A stretch of 57,682 bases of DNA from a virus (lineage: Duplodnaviria; Caudoviricetes), in the IMG/VR virus record IMGVR_UViG_3300047276_000505, positions 1 through 57,682 of that record. One strand, 5' to 3'. The translations under genes were made by a program, and so were the position numbers. Shown in pieces: positions 1 to 7,162 of the stretch. Below the pieces are notes generated by a model. It saw only the letters and a program-made list of their open reading frames with translations, had not been told where the DNA came from and ran no database searches. Position 1 is the first letter of the stretch. Each line of letters begins with the position of its first letter.

Positions 1-1290
1 GGGTGGTGTGAGTTCATTGCCATGGTCAAGGATACGGATTGCCATGGAGAATGTGTCATTCAGTTCATAGAATCCAATGCGTGCATAGCCAACTTCTGAG
101 TCAGGACGAAGTAAATCTTGTGATTCAAGATACTTACGCAGCATTGTGAACAACGATGCAACAGGCATGTGTTCACGCAACCAACCAGCAAATGCATTTG
201 AGTTGGTACTGATGCTGCTTGTACGTACTTGACTCAGCCTGATGTAACGAAGTTCTTTGTAATAGGTCTGGTAATAATCAAGTGGACATTCAGGCCATAG
301 CCTGTTAATCCAGTCAATTGAATCAATGACATGGACAAAGGTTCTAAAGCCTTGAGTAATTGGTTTACGCTCAGTGTTATTGGGATTGTTGTATGCAAGA
401 GTGCAGCGATCAAGCTCTGCTTGTAGCAGCTTCTTGATTGCTGGCTTGGAAATGATGTGACTGATTCTTTCCAGTACACAAAACGTTGAGGATGCAAAGG
501 TAGGGTTCTTGTTAAACTCAAAAGCTCCATTGAGTAAGTTGTCAACGGTTAGACCTTGCTCTGCATCAAAACACTTGATCATTGCTGAAGGAATGTCAGC
601 TGCATCAAAGATGTTCTTGCAACGCATACGATCAAACAATCCACGGGAGTCAGACCATGTAGGCATGTTTTCCCGTAGGCTTGCTTCGTATGGACGGACG
701 CAATGCTCAATGATCTCGCGTCCTTTCTGACAGTAAAGGTTAAAGGCTTGCCATTGGTAGGCACGCCAACCACTGCCTTCACTTGATTCAATGTCACCCT
801 TGGTGATGTTCATTGAGTAAGTAAAGGTCTGGACACCACGAGCACCTTCGTGCTCGATGCACTTGTCTTTGCTGGTCCAGATGTGATAGGGCGCAGTCTT
901 AGCAGCAGCCGCTGTATTCTTGAATGCGTAGGCATGGCCATACACATACTCATCAGCTTGCTGCTTGGGAGGTAGCCATGCTGCGTACCACACTTGTTCG
1001 TAGTGATACAAGATGGCAATAACTTTGAGGCGAGCCTGCGGAGTTGCTACGTCCACAGGCGTGGTAAATACTCTGTAACGATTTGGTGCTAGCTGCTGGT
1101 TGATGTGATCAATCGCAGCTTGCTGATCTGATTCACGCACCACGTTATGTGGGATGAGGTGCGGAATGTTACCGAGTGGGTACTTAGCTTTCTTGGTAGT
1201 TGTGTTCTTAGTTTGCTTAGCCAACACCTTGAGTGTTGGGTCATAAGCAAGGAGTTCAGTTTGCAGGTTGGAGGGTAAAGCAAATTGCAT
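1..1290 (-). CDS. Large hypothetical early protein, runs off the left edge (at least 430 aa, MQFALPSNLQTELLAYDP...)
   Basis: ATG at 1290 just after the HNH-AP2 stop; frame read open by hand to position 1. It is missing from the ORF track because it has no stop in the window. Confidence 0.8.
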   Translation of the reverse strand, partial: MQFALPSNLQTELLAYDPTLKVLAKQTKNTTTKKAKYPLGNIPHLIPHNVVRESDQQAAIDHINQQLAPNRYRVFTTPVDVATPQARLKVIAILYHYEQVWYAAWLPPKQQADEYVYGHAYAFKNTAAAAKTAPYHIWTSKDKCIEHEGARGVQTFTYSMNITKGDIESSEGSGWRAYQWQAFNLYCQKGREIIEHCVRPYEASLRENMPTWSDSRGLFDRMRCKNIFDAADIPSAMIKCFDAEQGLTVDNLLNGAFEFNKNPTFASSTFCVLERISHIISKPAIKKLLQAELDRCTLAYNNPNNTERKPITQGFRTFVHVIDSIDWINRLWPECPLDYYQTYYKELRYIRLSQVRTSSISTNSNAFAGWLREHMPVASLFTMLRKYLESQDLLRPDSEVGYARIGFYELNDTFSMAIRILDHGNELTPP

Positions 1291-1292
1291 GA

Positions 1293-1835
1293 TTAGTTCT
1301 GAATTGAATTGATTTGATTGAGGCGAGCAAACTCACCAAAGTGTAGCGAAGCAGCTTGGTTGTAAGCCAAGGCTGCTTCTTCTTGTGTTGCGTACATACC
1401 AATGTGTTTGAATTGTTTATCAACACGAATGGATGCACGCCATCGACCAGTCGCTTTAATTAAACAAACACCTTTGTAAATGCTGCTTGTGTTTTTGCGA
1501 CCGTTGCGATTGTGAGAGTTTTGCAGTTTAGTGGCTAAACGCAAAGCTTTGTTGTTGTCTTTGTCATTGTGTACATGATCTACAAACATATTCCCTGGAT
1601 CAGAGCCATGTTGTAGTGCATACACAATGCGATGAGCCATGTAATCCACCGTTTTACCTTGATACTTCCAGCGAACACGCCAATAGTGATCCTTGGTACG
1701 TTGAACACCTGCAATAGAGTTAGCTTTGGTCCAAGCACTTGGCGCTTGAAGCCAGCGCAAACCACTAGGAGATGTTGAATCTAAATAAAACATCTGTTGC
1801 AAATAGTCAACAGGTGGAAGTGGCCTGGGCTTCAT
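1293..1835 (-). CDS. HNH endonuclease with C-terminal AP2 DNA-binding domain
   Basis: AHRIVYAL...VDHVHNDKDNNKALRLAT..QN HNH motif, then SIYKGV...WRASI...HIGMY..EEAALAYN AP2 motif; likely start MKPRPL. Confidence 0.9.
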   Translation of the reverse strand: MKPRPLPPVDYLQQMFYLDSTSPSGLRWLQAPSAWTKANSIAGVQRTKDHYWRVRWKYQGKTVDYMAHRIVYALQHGSDPGNMFVDHVHNDKDNNKALRLATKLQNSHNRNGRKNTSSIYKGVCLIKATGRWRASIRVDKQFKHIGMYATQEEAALAYNQAASLHFGEFARLNQINSIQN

Positions 1836-1862
1836 TGCATTGATTTGAGTAGGTAAATGGAA

Positions 1863-1890
1863 TGGGCAGTTTAACGTCATACCCAGGACG
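1863..1890 (-). ncRNA. H-type pseudoknot element, family C, copy 1
   Basis: CGUC-CUGGGUAU-GACG-UUAAAC-UGCCCA; loop UGGGUA pairs with the 3' UGCCCA; covaries with the copy at 4179-4206. Confidence 0.7.
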
Positions 1891-1895
1891 ATTGG

Positions 1896-2153
1896 TTAGT
1901 CTAGATCGAAGTCATCGCGTTCAACGAGTTCCCACTGAGGATCGAGCTGATTAAGATAGGCACAGAAGCCATCTTCATCAAGAGGGATTGGTTCCTCTGG
2001 ATCCAGTTCAACAGTTGTTGTACATAATGCAGGAGCCCATTCTTCAGGGTCGAGATGAGTTGCGTGATAAAGCAACCGCATTTCGTCAACAACTGCTGTA
2101 ACAGTGACATGGGTGTCAGTGAATAGGGTGTCTTCAATGGCTAAAACTGTCAT
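1896..2153 (-). CDS. Hypothetical acidic protein (85 aa)
   Basis: ORF tiles tightly with neighbouring minus-strand genes. Confidence 0.7.
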   Translation of the reverse strand: MTVLAIEDTLFTDTHVTVTAVVDEMRLLYHATHLDPEEWAPALCTTTVELDPEEPIPLDEDGFCAYLNQLDPQWELVERDDFDLD

Positions 2154-2155
2154 GG

Positions 2156-2338
2156 TTAGTTCTCAATGTAGGAATAGTTTGGTGTGTTGACGCAGCGGTA
2201 CTTCATCCACAGTTGAGCTGTGTGGTACTCGTTTTCAAATCGTGTTGTGTCCAACACGTTTGCACTTGCTCTGCGCCTTGCGCAGTCAGCAAGATTGATG
2301 CGGTCAAACAAGTTGATAGTGTCAATGAATGCAGCCAT
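2156..2338 (-). CDS. Hypothetical protein (60 aa)
   Basis: ORF follows a family B structure and an A/C-rich leader. Confidence 0.65.
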   Translation of the reverse strand: MAAFIDTINLFDRINLADCARRRASANVLDTTRFENEYHTAQLWMKYRCVNTPNYSYIEN

Positions 2339-2364
2339 GGTTTGAATTGATTTAGTGGACAGGA

Positions 2365-2394
2365 CCTGGGACTTACACCGTAAGGATGCCCAGG
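2365..2394 (-). ncRNA. Stem with CA/GUAAGU internal loop, family B, copy 1
   Basis: CCUGGG-CA-U-CC(UUAC)GG-U-GUAAGU-CCCAGG; four copies in the window. Confidence 0.7.
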
Positions 2395-2398
2395 ATCT

Positions 2399-2596
2399 TC
2401 AGATTATCTTAATGTTTGGAATGCTAACTCCTGTGCCAGGAATACTGAACGATCCCTTAACACCATTAGGGTTAGCATTGAGTGTGACTTGGAAAGGACC
2501 AAGCTTAATTGCTTTGGTATAAGATTTAACACCGTGTTCAGTGATGTTCACACCATGGATGGTGCGATCAAAACTAATGAGTGAACGCTTGGTCAC
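2399..2596 (-). CDS. Small protein resembling DUF4236
   Basis: KAIKLGPFQVTLN...SFSIPGTGVS motif. Confidence 0.55.
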   Translation of the reverse strand: MTKRSLISFDRTIHGVNITEHGVKSYTKAIKLGPFQVTLNANPNGVKGSFSIPGTGVSIPNIKII

Positions 2597-2799
2597 TTGA
2601 GATCCTCCGGCATGAGTGCTTTGTAATCGTCATCATCCATATTGGACATGACGAATTTCTCTCCATTGGGGGCAATGAAGCCCCCGATGAATCCCATGCC
2701 GAGACGATCGGATGTTTCCTTCATGCGAGCAACAAGTTGCATGGCTTGAAGTCTTTGCATATCCAGTGAGTCTGGTATGCGAGGAGTGTTGTCTTTCAT
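2593..2799 (-). CDS. Hypothetical protein (68 aa)
   Basis: ACTCAA-rich leader; 4-nt overlap with the next gene. Confidence 0.7.
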   Translation of the reverse strand: MKDNTPRIPDSLDMQRLQAMQLVARMKETSDRLGMGFIGGFIAPNGEKFVMSNMDDDDYKALMPEDLK

Positions 2800-2939
2800 T
2801 GAGATGAGTTGAGTAAGTGTGTTGAGTCTACCAGGGTAGTCAAGGGGTAAGGAAGGGAAGTAACAGAGAGCAACAGATAAGTATGTCTTATCTAATAAAA
2901 GGTTAGCTCCTGGTACTCCCTTCGGGGGGTGCAGGGGGG

Positions 2940-3215
2940 TTAGCTATGCATGGCTTGGTGTTCCCTCCATGCTGCACTATGCATTTCACTAAAAGTGATA
3001 GGAGGTTCACCCCCTTCGGAAGGAGTTGGGTCATAGTCGATCTCGTCTTCGAGCATGCCTATGACTTCCAGTACCACATCTGCGGTATGTGGAGTGAGAT
3101 GCTCGTCCATTTGATGGCGCTTACTCTCACGTTCTTGGATTGCTTTGAGGAGGTTCACCACCTCTTGCAGGTGGTGGTACTCATTCTTCTTCCAGTTGAT
3201 TTCAGGGTAGGTCAT
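2940..3215 (-). CDS. Hypothetical protein (start MTYPEINW)
   Basis: ATG at 3215 follows family B copy 2 and a CTCAACACAAACCA leader. Confidence 0.7.
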   Translation of the reverse strand: MTYPEINWKKNEYHHLQEVVNLLKAIQERESKRHQMDEHLTPHTADVVLEVIGMLEDEIDYDPTPSEGGEPPITFSEMHSAAWREHQAMHS

Positions 3216-3235
3216 TGGTTTGTGTTGAGGTGAAT

Positions 3236-3276
3236 CCTGGGACTTACACACCGTACTTACGTCGGTGATGCCCAGG
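3236..3276 (-). ncRNA. Family B structured element, copy 2
   Basis: CCUGGG-CA-U-CACCG(loop)CGGUG-U-GUAAGU-CCCAGG. Confidence 0.7.
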
Positions 3277-3328
3277 GTTGTATTGGCAAATTTGACGTGC
3301 CAATCAATACTACGGAAGTGTTATAGCG

Positions 3329-3571
3329 TTATGCGGACTTGGGTTCAGTCATGATCCAGCCGGTGTAGTTATCACTGCACCGTTCAACGCGTATCAATCC
3401 GTATTGCTCAAGTTTAGTTAAGGCGTTGAGGTATTGATCAAGCCTTGATACTTGAGTTGTACATCTTGGTACAAAGCATGGTGTCTTTCCATGCTTCTTC
3501 CTGTGACCCAGGAAGTAGGTGTAGAGGTTGCGTTGATTGATTGTGAGTGCTGGCAGCGTTGCTGTTGACAT
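3329..3571 (-). CDS. Small winged-HTH-like protein
   Basis: LTINQRNLYTYF...YLNALTKLEQYGLIRV resembles a LexA-N/wHTH pattern. Confidence 0.55.
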   Translation of the reverse strand: MSTATLPALTINQRNLYTYFLGHRKKHGKTPCFVPRCTTQVSRLDQYLNALTKLEQYGLIRVERCSDNYTGWIMTEPKSA

Positions 3572-3574
3572 GAC

Positions 3575-3943
3575 TTAGCAATAGTACGGACGGGACTCAG
3601 GGTACACAGTGGCGTACCTGTTGGCGAAACTTAGCTCGATGTTCGAGCTTGTTGTGGTGTCTCCAAGACTTGGCTGACCTTCGATCTCGTACTCTTCGAA
3701 GTACTGGATGTAGGTTTGGATCGCCTGCTTCTTGGAGAAGATGCAGTGGCTGAGGACCGGGTCACCTTGCTGGTACCACCATCCACCTTCCTCTGGACCG
3801 CCGTAGTTGAGCGTCGTTTGGTGGACGGTGATGACCGTTGGGTCTTCGTGTTCGAAGTACTTGTGCGTGTTGTAGGCGTTGACTGCGTAACGGACTTTGT
3901 AGGTTCTGGGGTAGAACTTACGGAGTTCTGAGATGTAAGACAT
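3575..3943 (-). CDS. Hypothetical phage protein with YGGPEEGGWWY motif
   Basis: 122-aa ORF carrying a YGGPEEGGWWY...RPYYC motif that I recall from phage hypothetical proteins. Confidence 0.75.
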   Translation of the reverse strand: MSYISELRKFYPRTYKVRYAVNAYNTHKYFEHEDPTVITVHQTTLNYGGPEEGGWWYQQGDPVLSHCIFSKKQAIQTYIQYFEEYEIEGQPSLGDTTTSSNIELSFANRYATVYPESRPYYC

Positions 3944-4024
3944 TGGAGTGCCTCCAGTAGTGTTGTGATCAGAATTGAGATGATTGTGATGATGACAATG
4001 ATGATGTCATCTTCATGCTTAGGC

Positions 4025-4156
4025 TTAGTCATCGTAAGTCTCCTGTTCAGGTGGGTTGAGTTCATATTGTTCACGCATGGCTTGCTCTTGTTCGTATGCC
4101 ATGTCAGCCATGGCATCAAGCAAGTCAGCGTTGTAGTTGGGATCGAGTTGAGTCAT
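4025..4156 (-). CDS. Small acidic protein (43 aa, MTQLDPNYNADLLDAM...)
   Basis: Translated by hand; directly follows family C copy 2; below the ORF-track cutoff. Confidence 0.6.
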   Translation of the reverse strand: MTQLDPNYNADLLDAMADMAYEQEQAMREQYELNPPEQETYDD

Positions 4157-4178
4157 GGTGAAATGTAAGTAAAAGGAT

Positions 4179-4206
4179 TGGGCAGTTTAAGGACATGCCC
4201 AGGTCC
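4179..4206 (-). ncRNA. H-type pseudoknot element, family C, copy 2
   Basis: GGAC-CUGGGCAU-GUCC-UUAAAC-UGCCCA. Confidence 0.7.
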
Positions 4207-4237
4207 AGTCGTAGTACTGATGTACTAGCGGCGGTAG

Positions 4238-4669
4238 TTAGATCTTTACGCCTCTCCAGGCCAGACCTTTGTGGATGTTGGAGATGGTGTGGTAACTGAC
4301 GCCAAACTTCTTGGCAATTGATTCGTAAGCTTGTTGCTTAGAACCAAATGCTTTCATAACCTTGGCATCAGACAATATCCATTTGATGTCACGGACTTTC
4401 TCCTTGGTCAGCTTGCAGTTACCAGGAGGACTAATCCTAGGCTTACCTTCGGGTTTAGTTGATAACTCCTGGTCCTTAACAGCCGTTACCTGTGGTGCTG
4501 GCTGTTGGTACAGGGGGAATCGGGGGGTAGTGTCAAATGTATTGCGGATAGGAAAACCAAGGGTTACGGATGCTCCGTCCTTGGTTACCGAAACGGTAAT
4601 CTTTCCATCGCGAGTGATGACACTGATGTGATCAGGGTTGTGAACGTCGAGCTGGCTGAGCGCTTCCAT
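4238..4669 (-). CDS. Protein with C-terminal HTH like that of HNH homing endonucleases, without an HNH core
   Basis: GNCKLTKEKVRDIK...IAKKFGVSYHTISNIHKGLAW. Confidence 0.7.
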   Translation of the reverse strand: MEALSQLDVHNPDHISVITRDGKITVSVTKDGASVTLGFPIRNTFDTTPRFPLYQQPAPQVTAVKDQELSTKPEGKPRISPPGNCKLTKEKVRDIKWILSDAKVMKAFGSKQQAYESIAKKFGVSYHTISNIHKGLAWRGVKI

Positions 4670-4779
4670 GGATCGTGTTGCGTTGAGTGCGTTGGATGCA
4701 GATGGAGAATAGCTGGTACAAACAAAGATGCAAGTACCAGTCGTAGTGGTTCAGGGAGTGAGGACACTATCGCTAGTGC

Positions 4780-4998
4780 TTAGTGTGGAAGGAAATCCGT
4801 ATCGCTGAGTAGCCGATGAACTGGCACGCAGTCTTCGGCGATCTCCTCCGGTGTGCAGCCGTCCCAGTCTTCGGTCTGGTTCTCGATCACCTCGCAGCCA
4901 ATGTCTTCGAGTTGATCGGTGAACTGAGACCAGGTACGGGCAGTGCCACAGACGTGGGCATAGCGCCCAGTGCGATCAGTAACCAGCGCTACGAACAT
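4780..4998 (-). CDS. Hypothetical protein (72 aa)
   Basis: AGGAG Shine-Dalgarno upstream; tiles with neighbours. Confidence 0.65.
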   Translation of the reverse strand: MFVALVTDRTGRYAHVCGTARTWSQFTDQLEDIGCEVIENQTEDWDGCTPEEIAEDCVPVHRLLSDTDFLPH

Positions 4999-5179
4999 TG
5001 GATTGCTCCTGGTTGGGAAGTTGGATGAGGTCTACGCCAACCATTGCAGAACCAGTGATGGTTGCAATGATGGCGATGAAGATTGCTTGCAAGACTTTGC
5101 TACACAGTGCTTCATGGTGTGTGCGGTAAGTATCTAAGGTGATGTACCTGTTCTTACCCATGGAGTAAAGGCGTTTCAT
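4976..5179 (-). CDS. Small membrane protein (start MKRLYSMG)
   Basis: Hydrophobic segment VLQAIFIAIIATITGSAMVGV; ACTCAA leader after family D copy 1. Confidence 0.6.
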   Translation of the reverse strand: MKRLYSMGKNRYITLDTYRTHHEALCSKVLQAIFIAIIATITGSAMVGVDLIQLPNQEQSNVRSAGY

Positions 5180-5207
5180 CTGAGTTGAGATGTTGAGTGA
5201 ACTGAGT

Positions 5208-5285
5208 GCAGGATGTTGAGTCCTGCAGTAAACCCACCGCACTATACGAATTCGTATCAACGGAAGGGTTAAGTGCAGGCTTCAG
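5208..5285 (-). ncRNA. Long hairpin with an alternative 3' helix, family D, copy 1
   Basis: UGAAGCCUGC-ACUUAA-CCC...GGG-UUUACU-GCAGGACUCAACAUCCUGC; second copy at 5735-5787. Confidence 0.65.
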
Positions 5286-5491
5286 TTCTGCTTAAAGTCT
5301 GCATTCTTGATGCAGTAGTATGTGTCGCCGAGGAAACCATCGACGTACACGAGGTTGTGGTTAGGTTGCTTGTGGCAATTGGCAACGTAGTGGCTGTTGA
5401 GTAGCTTCTGTCCAAAGACAGAGAGCAACAAGCCGATGCCAGTGCCCATGGTAAGAGCTAGCACAGAGTCAACCATGTGGTTCTTAGTCAT
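5282..5491 (-). CDS. Small membrane protein (69 aa)
   Basis: N-terminal TM segment VLALTMGTGIGLLLSVFG. Confidence 0.65.
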   Translation of the reverse strand: MTKNHMVDSVLALTMGTGIGLLLSVFGQKLLNSHYVANCHKQPNHNLVYVDGFLGDTYYCIKNADFKQN

Positions 5492-5493
5492 GA

Positions 5494-5709
5494 TCAGATG
5501 TTGTTCTTGGGAGTGATGATGAATGCCATGTCGTTAGGCATCATGAGTGCTGCTGCACGACAGCGGATGTCATGTAGCTTCTCAGTAGCCTTAGTCTTGG
5601 TTGCAGTATCAGTGACTGCCTTGGTGACTACACGAGCGGTAGTCTGGCTAGCACTGATGGCCCAAGGCATAAACTCACGCATGTTCTTGCGGAAGTTGAG
5701 AGCTGTCAT
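5494..5709 (-). CDS. Hypothetical protein (71 aa)
   Basis: ACTCATCTCAACACA leader after family D copy 2. Confidence 0.65.
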   Translation of the reverse strand: MTALNFRKNMREFMPWAISASQTTARVVTKAVTDTATKTKATEKLHDIRCRAAALMMPNDMAFIITPKNNI

Positions 5710-5734
5710 TGTGTTGAGATGAGTTGAATGGACG

Positions 5735-5787
5735 GCAGGATGTTGAGTCCTGCAGTAAAGGCCCGAAGGCCCTTAGAGCAGGAGTCA
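5735..5787 (-). ncRNA. Family D structured element, copy 2
   Basis: UGACUCCUGC-UCUAA-GGGCC(UUCG)GGCCU-UUACU-GCAGGACUCAACAUCCUGC, with a cUUCGg tetraloop. Confidence 0.65.
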
Positions 5788-5919
5788 TGCCTCAAGCTTG
5801 CAGATGTAGATGAGCAGCTGGTCAAGGATCTCGGTAAGATCCTGGTCGCCAGTGTCACCTACAACTTCGGCAAGCTTGGCGGCTGAGCCGTAGATCTTCT
5901 TGAGTTGATCGGGGTTCAT
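5785..5919 (-). CDS. Small protein (44 aa, MNPDQLKKIYG...)
   Basis: Translated by hand; ACTCAACAACTC leader; fills the gap between genes. Confidence 0.6.
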   Translation of the reverse strand: MNPDQLKKIYGSAAKLAEVVGDTGDQDLTEILDQLLIYICKLEA

Positions 5920-5930
5920 GAGTTGTTGAG

Positions 5931-6179
5931 TTAAAAGATAGTCCCAGCCAAGGTATCGAGATGCATGGTGGCAATGTACTGGTAATAATCAGACATCGCA
6001 GCCAGCAACTCTTTGGTACCACAAGGGATACCACCCATGATTGTCTGGGAGTAACGTTCGATCCAGTCTGGATCTCCCTTGTAGTCATCGACCTGGACTT
6101 GGTAGTGAAGCATGGTTGATTCACCGCCATGCCAGGTGATGCGTTCAGTTGCACCTTCGTATGGGTAGTAGCAGAGCAT
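5931..6179 (-). CDS. Hypothetical protein (82 aa)
   Basis: ACTCAATACA leader after family A copy 1. Confidence 0.65.
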   Translation of the reverse strand: MLCYYPYEGATERITWHGGESTMLHYQVQVDDYKGDPDWIERYSQTIMGGIPCGTKELLAAMSDYYQYIATMHLDTLAGTIF

Positions 6180-6192
6180 TGTATTGAGTTAA

Positions 6193-6261
6193 GCCACCCT
6201 CGGTGGGTGGCAATGACTGGACCAGGGTTTGCACCTGGTCACCCGCTTAGACGGATCAGTC
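6193..6261 (-). ncRNA. tRNA-like three-way junction plus 3' hairpin, family A, copy 1
   Basis: GACUG-A-UCCG(UCUAAG)CGGG-U-GACCAGG(UGCAAAC)CCUGGUC-CAGUC-AUU-GCCACCC/GGGUGGC. Confidence 0.75.
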
Positions 6262-6534
6262 TGTATACATGTCGTCATCACGGTCCTTCTCGCGAAGGTA
6301 CATGATGATGCCACGTATTTCATCCAAGGTTAAATAACCTGTGGGGTTAGATAATCCTGGGAACCAGGCTTCGTAGGTCGTTGGCTGACCTGGAGCAATA
6401 GTGCCCATCAGTCCGGAACCTTTCGGTCCGGTCACGATGGAGATGTTGAATCCAGCAACGGGATCAACATATTCCAGATGCCAACCACCAGTTACGCCTG
6501 GGTGTGGTACCCAACCAAAAGTCAGGTCGATCAT
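6256..6534 (-). CDS. Hypothetical protein (start MIDLTFGW)
   Basis: GGAG SD before ATG 6534; the longer ORF-track start reads through RNA structures. Confidence 0.65.
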   Translation of the reverse strand: MIDLTFGWVPHPGVTGGWHLEYVDPVAGFNISIVTGPKGSGLMGTIAPGQPTTYEAWFPGLSNPTGYLTLDEIRGIIMYLREKDRDDDMYTD

Positions 6535-6550
6535 GGATCTCTCCATAGGT

Positions 6551-6625
6551 GCGGTACCCATCTCCGCTGTGGGTAATACTGAGCCTGGGGTTTGCACCCA
6601 GGCATGCCGCTTTAACGGACTCAGT
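6551..6625 (-). ncRNA. tRNA-like junction plus 3' pseudoknot, family A, copy 2
   Basis: ACUGA-GU-CCG(UUAAAG)CGG-CAU-GCCUGGG(UGCAAAC)CCCAGGC-UCAGU-AUU-ACCCA(CAGCGGAGA)UGGGU-A-CCGC. Confidence 0.75.
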
Positions 6626-6701
6626 CGGTTACGTATCCGATTACGCAACTCACAATGAAAATCGTGATGAGTGCGACGGATTCGTAGGTAGTGAAGTGCA
6701 C
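6621..6701 (-). CDS. 26-aa hydrophobic peptide MHFTTYESVALITIFIVSCVIGYVTD
   Basis: AGGAG SD, GTG start, single TM helix; stop codon embedded in family A copy 2. Confidence 0.6.
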   Translation of the reverse strand: MHFTTYESVALITIFIVSCVIGYVTD

Positions 6702-6718
6702 AGGTAACTCCTGTGTGT

Positions 6719-6792
6719 GCGGTGCCTATCTCCGCTGTAGGCAATAACTGGGCAGGGGTTTGCACCCTGCCGCCCGCTTTAACGGATCAGTT
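6719..6792 (-). ncRNA. tRNA-like junction plus 3' pseudoknot, family A, copy 3
   Basis: AACUG-A-UCCG(UUAAAG)CGGG-C-GGCAGGG(UGCAAAC)CCCUGCC-CAGUU-AUU-GCCUA(CAGCGGAGA)UAGGC-A-CCGC. Confidence 0.75.
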
Positions 6793-7014
6793 GGTCTCCA
6801 GCATCTCGTCCACGTAGGACTTGATGACCTGGAGGTGTTCGGCAGTAAGTACCTGGCTGCGTCCGTGCTCAAGCAGGTCGAGGACCTGGAGCATGACGTT
6901 GTCGCCAGCTTCTTGCCGGGTTGGTACGCCACACATGTCGAAGATCTCCTCGTGTGACATCTCGGTGATGTCCACGCAGTCGATACGACGGACGGTGGCG
7001 ATGGTGTTGGTCAC
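6787..7014 (-). CDS. Hypothetical protein (75 aa)
   Basis: GGAG SD and GTG start after family B copy 3. Confidence 0.7.
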   Translation of the reverse strand: MTNTIATVRRIDCVDITEMSHEEIFDMCGVPTRQEAGDNVMLQVLDLLEHGRSQVLTAEHLQVIKSYVDEMLETN

Positions 7015-7031
7015 GGTGTTACTCCGGTGAG

Positions 7032-7065
7032 CTTGGACTTACGCTGCGGGATTGCAGCTGCCAAG
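7032..7065 (-). ncRNA. Family B structured element, copy 3
   Basis: CUUGG-CA-GCUGC(AAUCCC)GCAGC-GUAAGU-CCAAG. Confidence 0.65.
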
Positions 7066-7146
7066 ACCGTGACGTTGCGACGCTCCTGCTCGGAAACTGT
7101 TCTGTATGAACAAGTGGGGGGCGGGGAGCAGATCTTTCCCGTACGC

Positions 7147-7162
7147 GATACGAATTCGTATC
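7147..7162. promoter_or_regulatory. Perfect palindrome GATACGAATTCGTATC, candidate operator
   Basis: The 14-bp core recurs at 5244-5257. Confidence 0.45.

Noticed and set aside
4205-4747. Direct repeat CCAGTCGTAGT flanking ORF 4238..4669 as a target-site duplication
   Set aside because: It is only 11 bp, overlaps the family C element and has no associated mobility gene; it may be regulatory or chance.
6535-6765. N-terminal extension of ORF 6256..6765 with an apparent LPTAE.GTA repeat
   Set aside because: The peptide repeat is just the translation of the duplicated family A RNA elements.
6193-6792. Family A as true tRNA genes or as pistol, twister or theta ribozymes
   Set aside because: There is no anticodon arm or CCA end. 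The words UAAGCG and GGUGCAA resemble pistol, but the required pairings are absent, and the twister and HDV-like cores could not be built.
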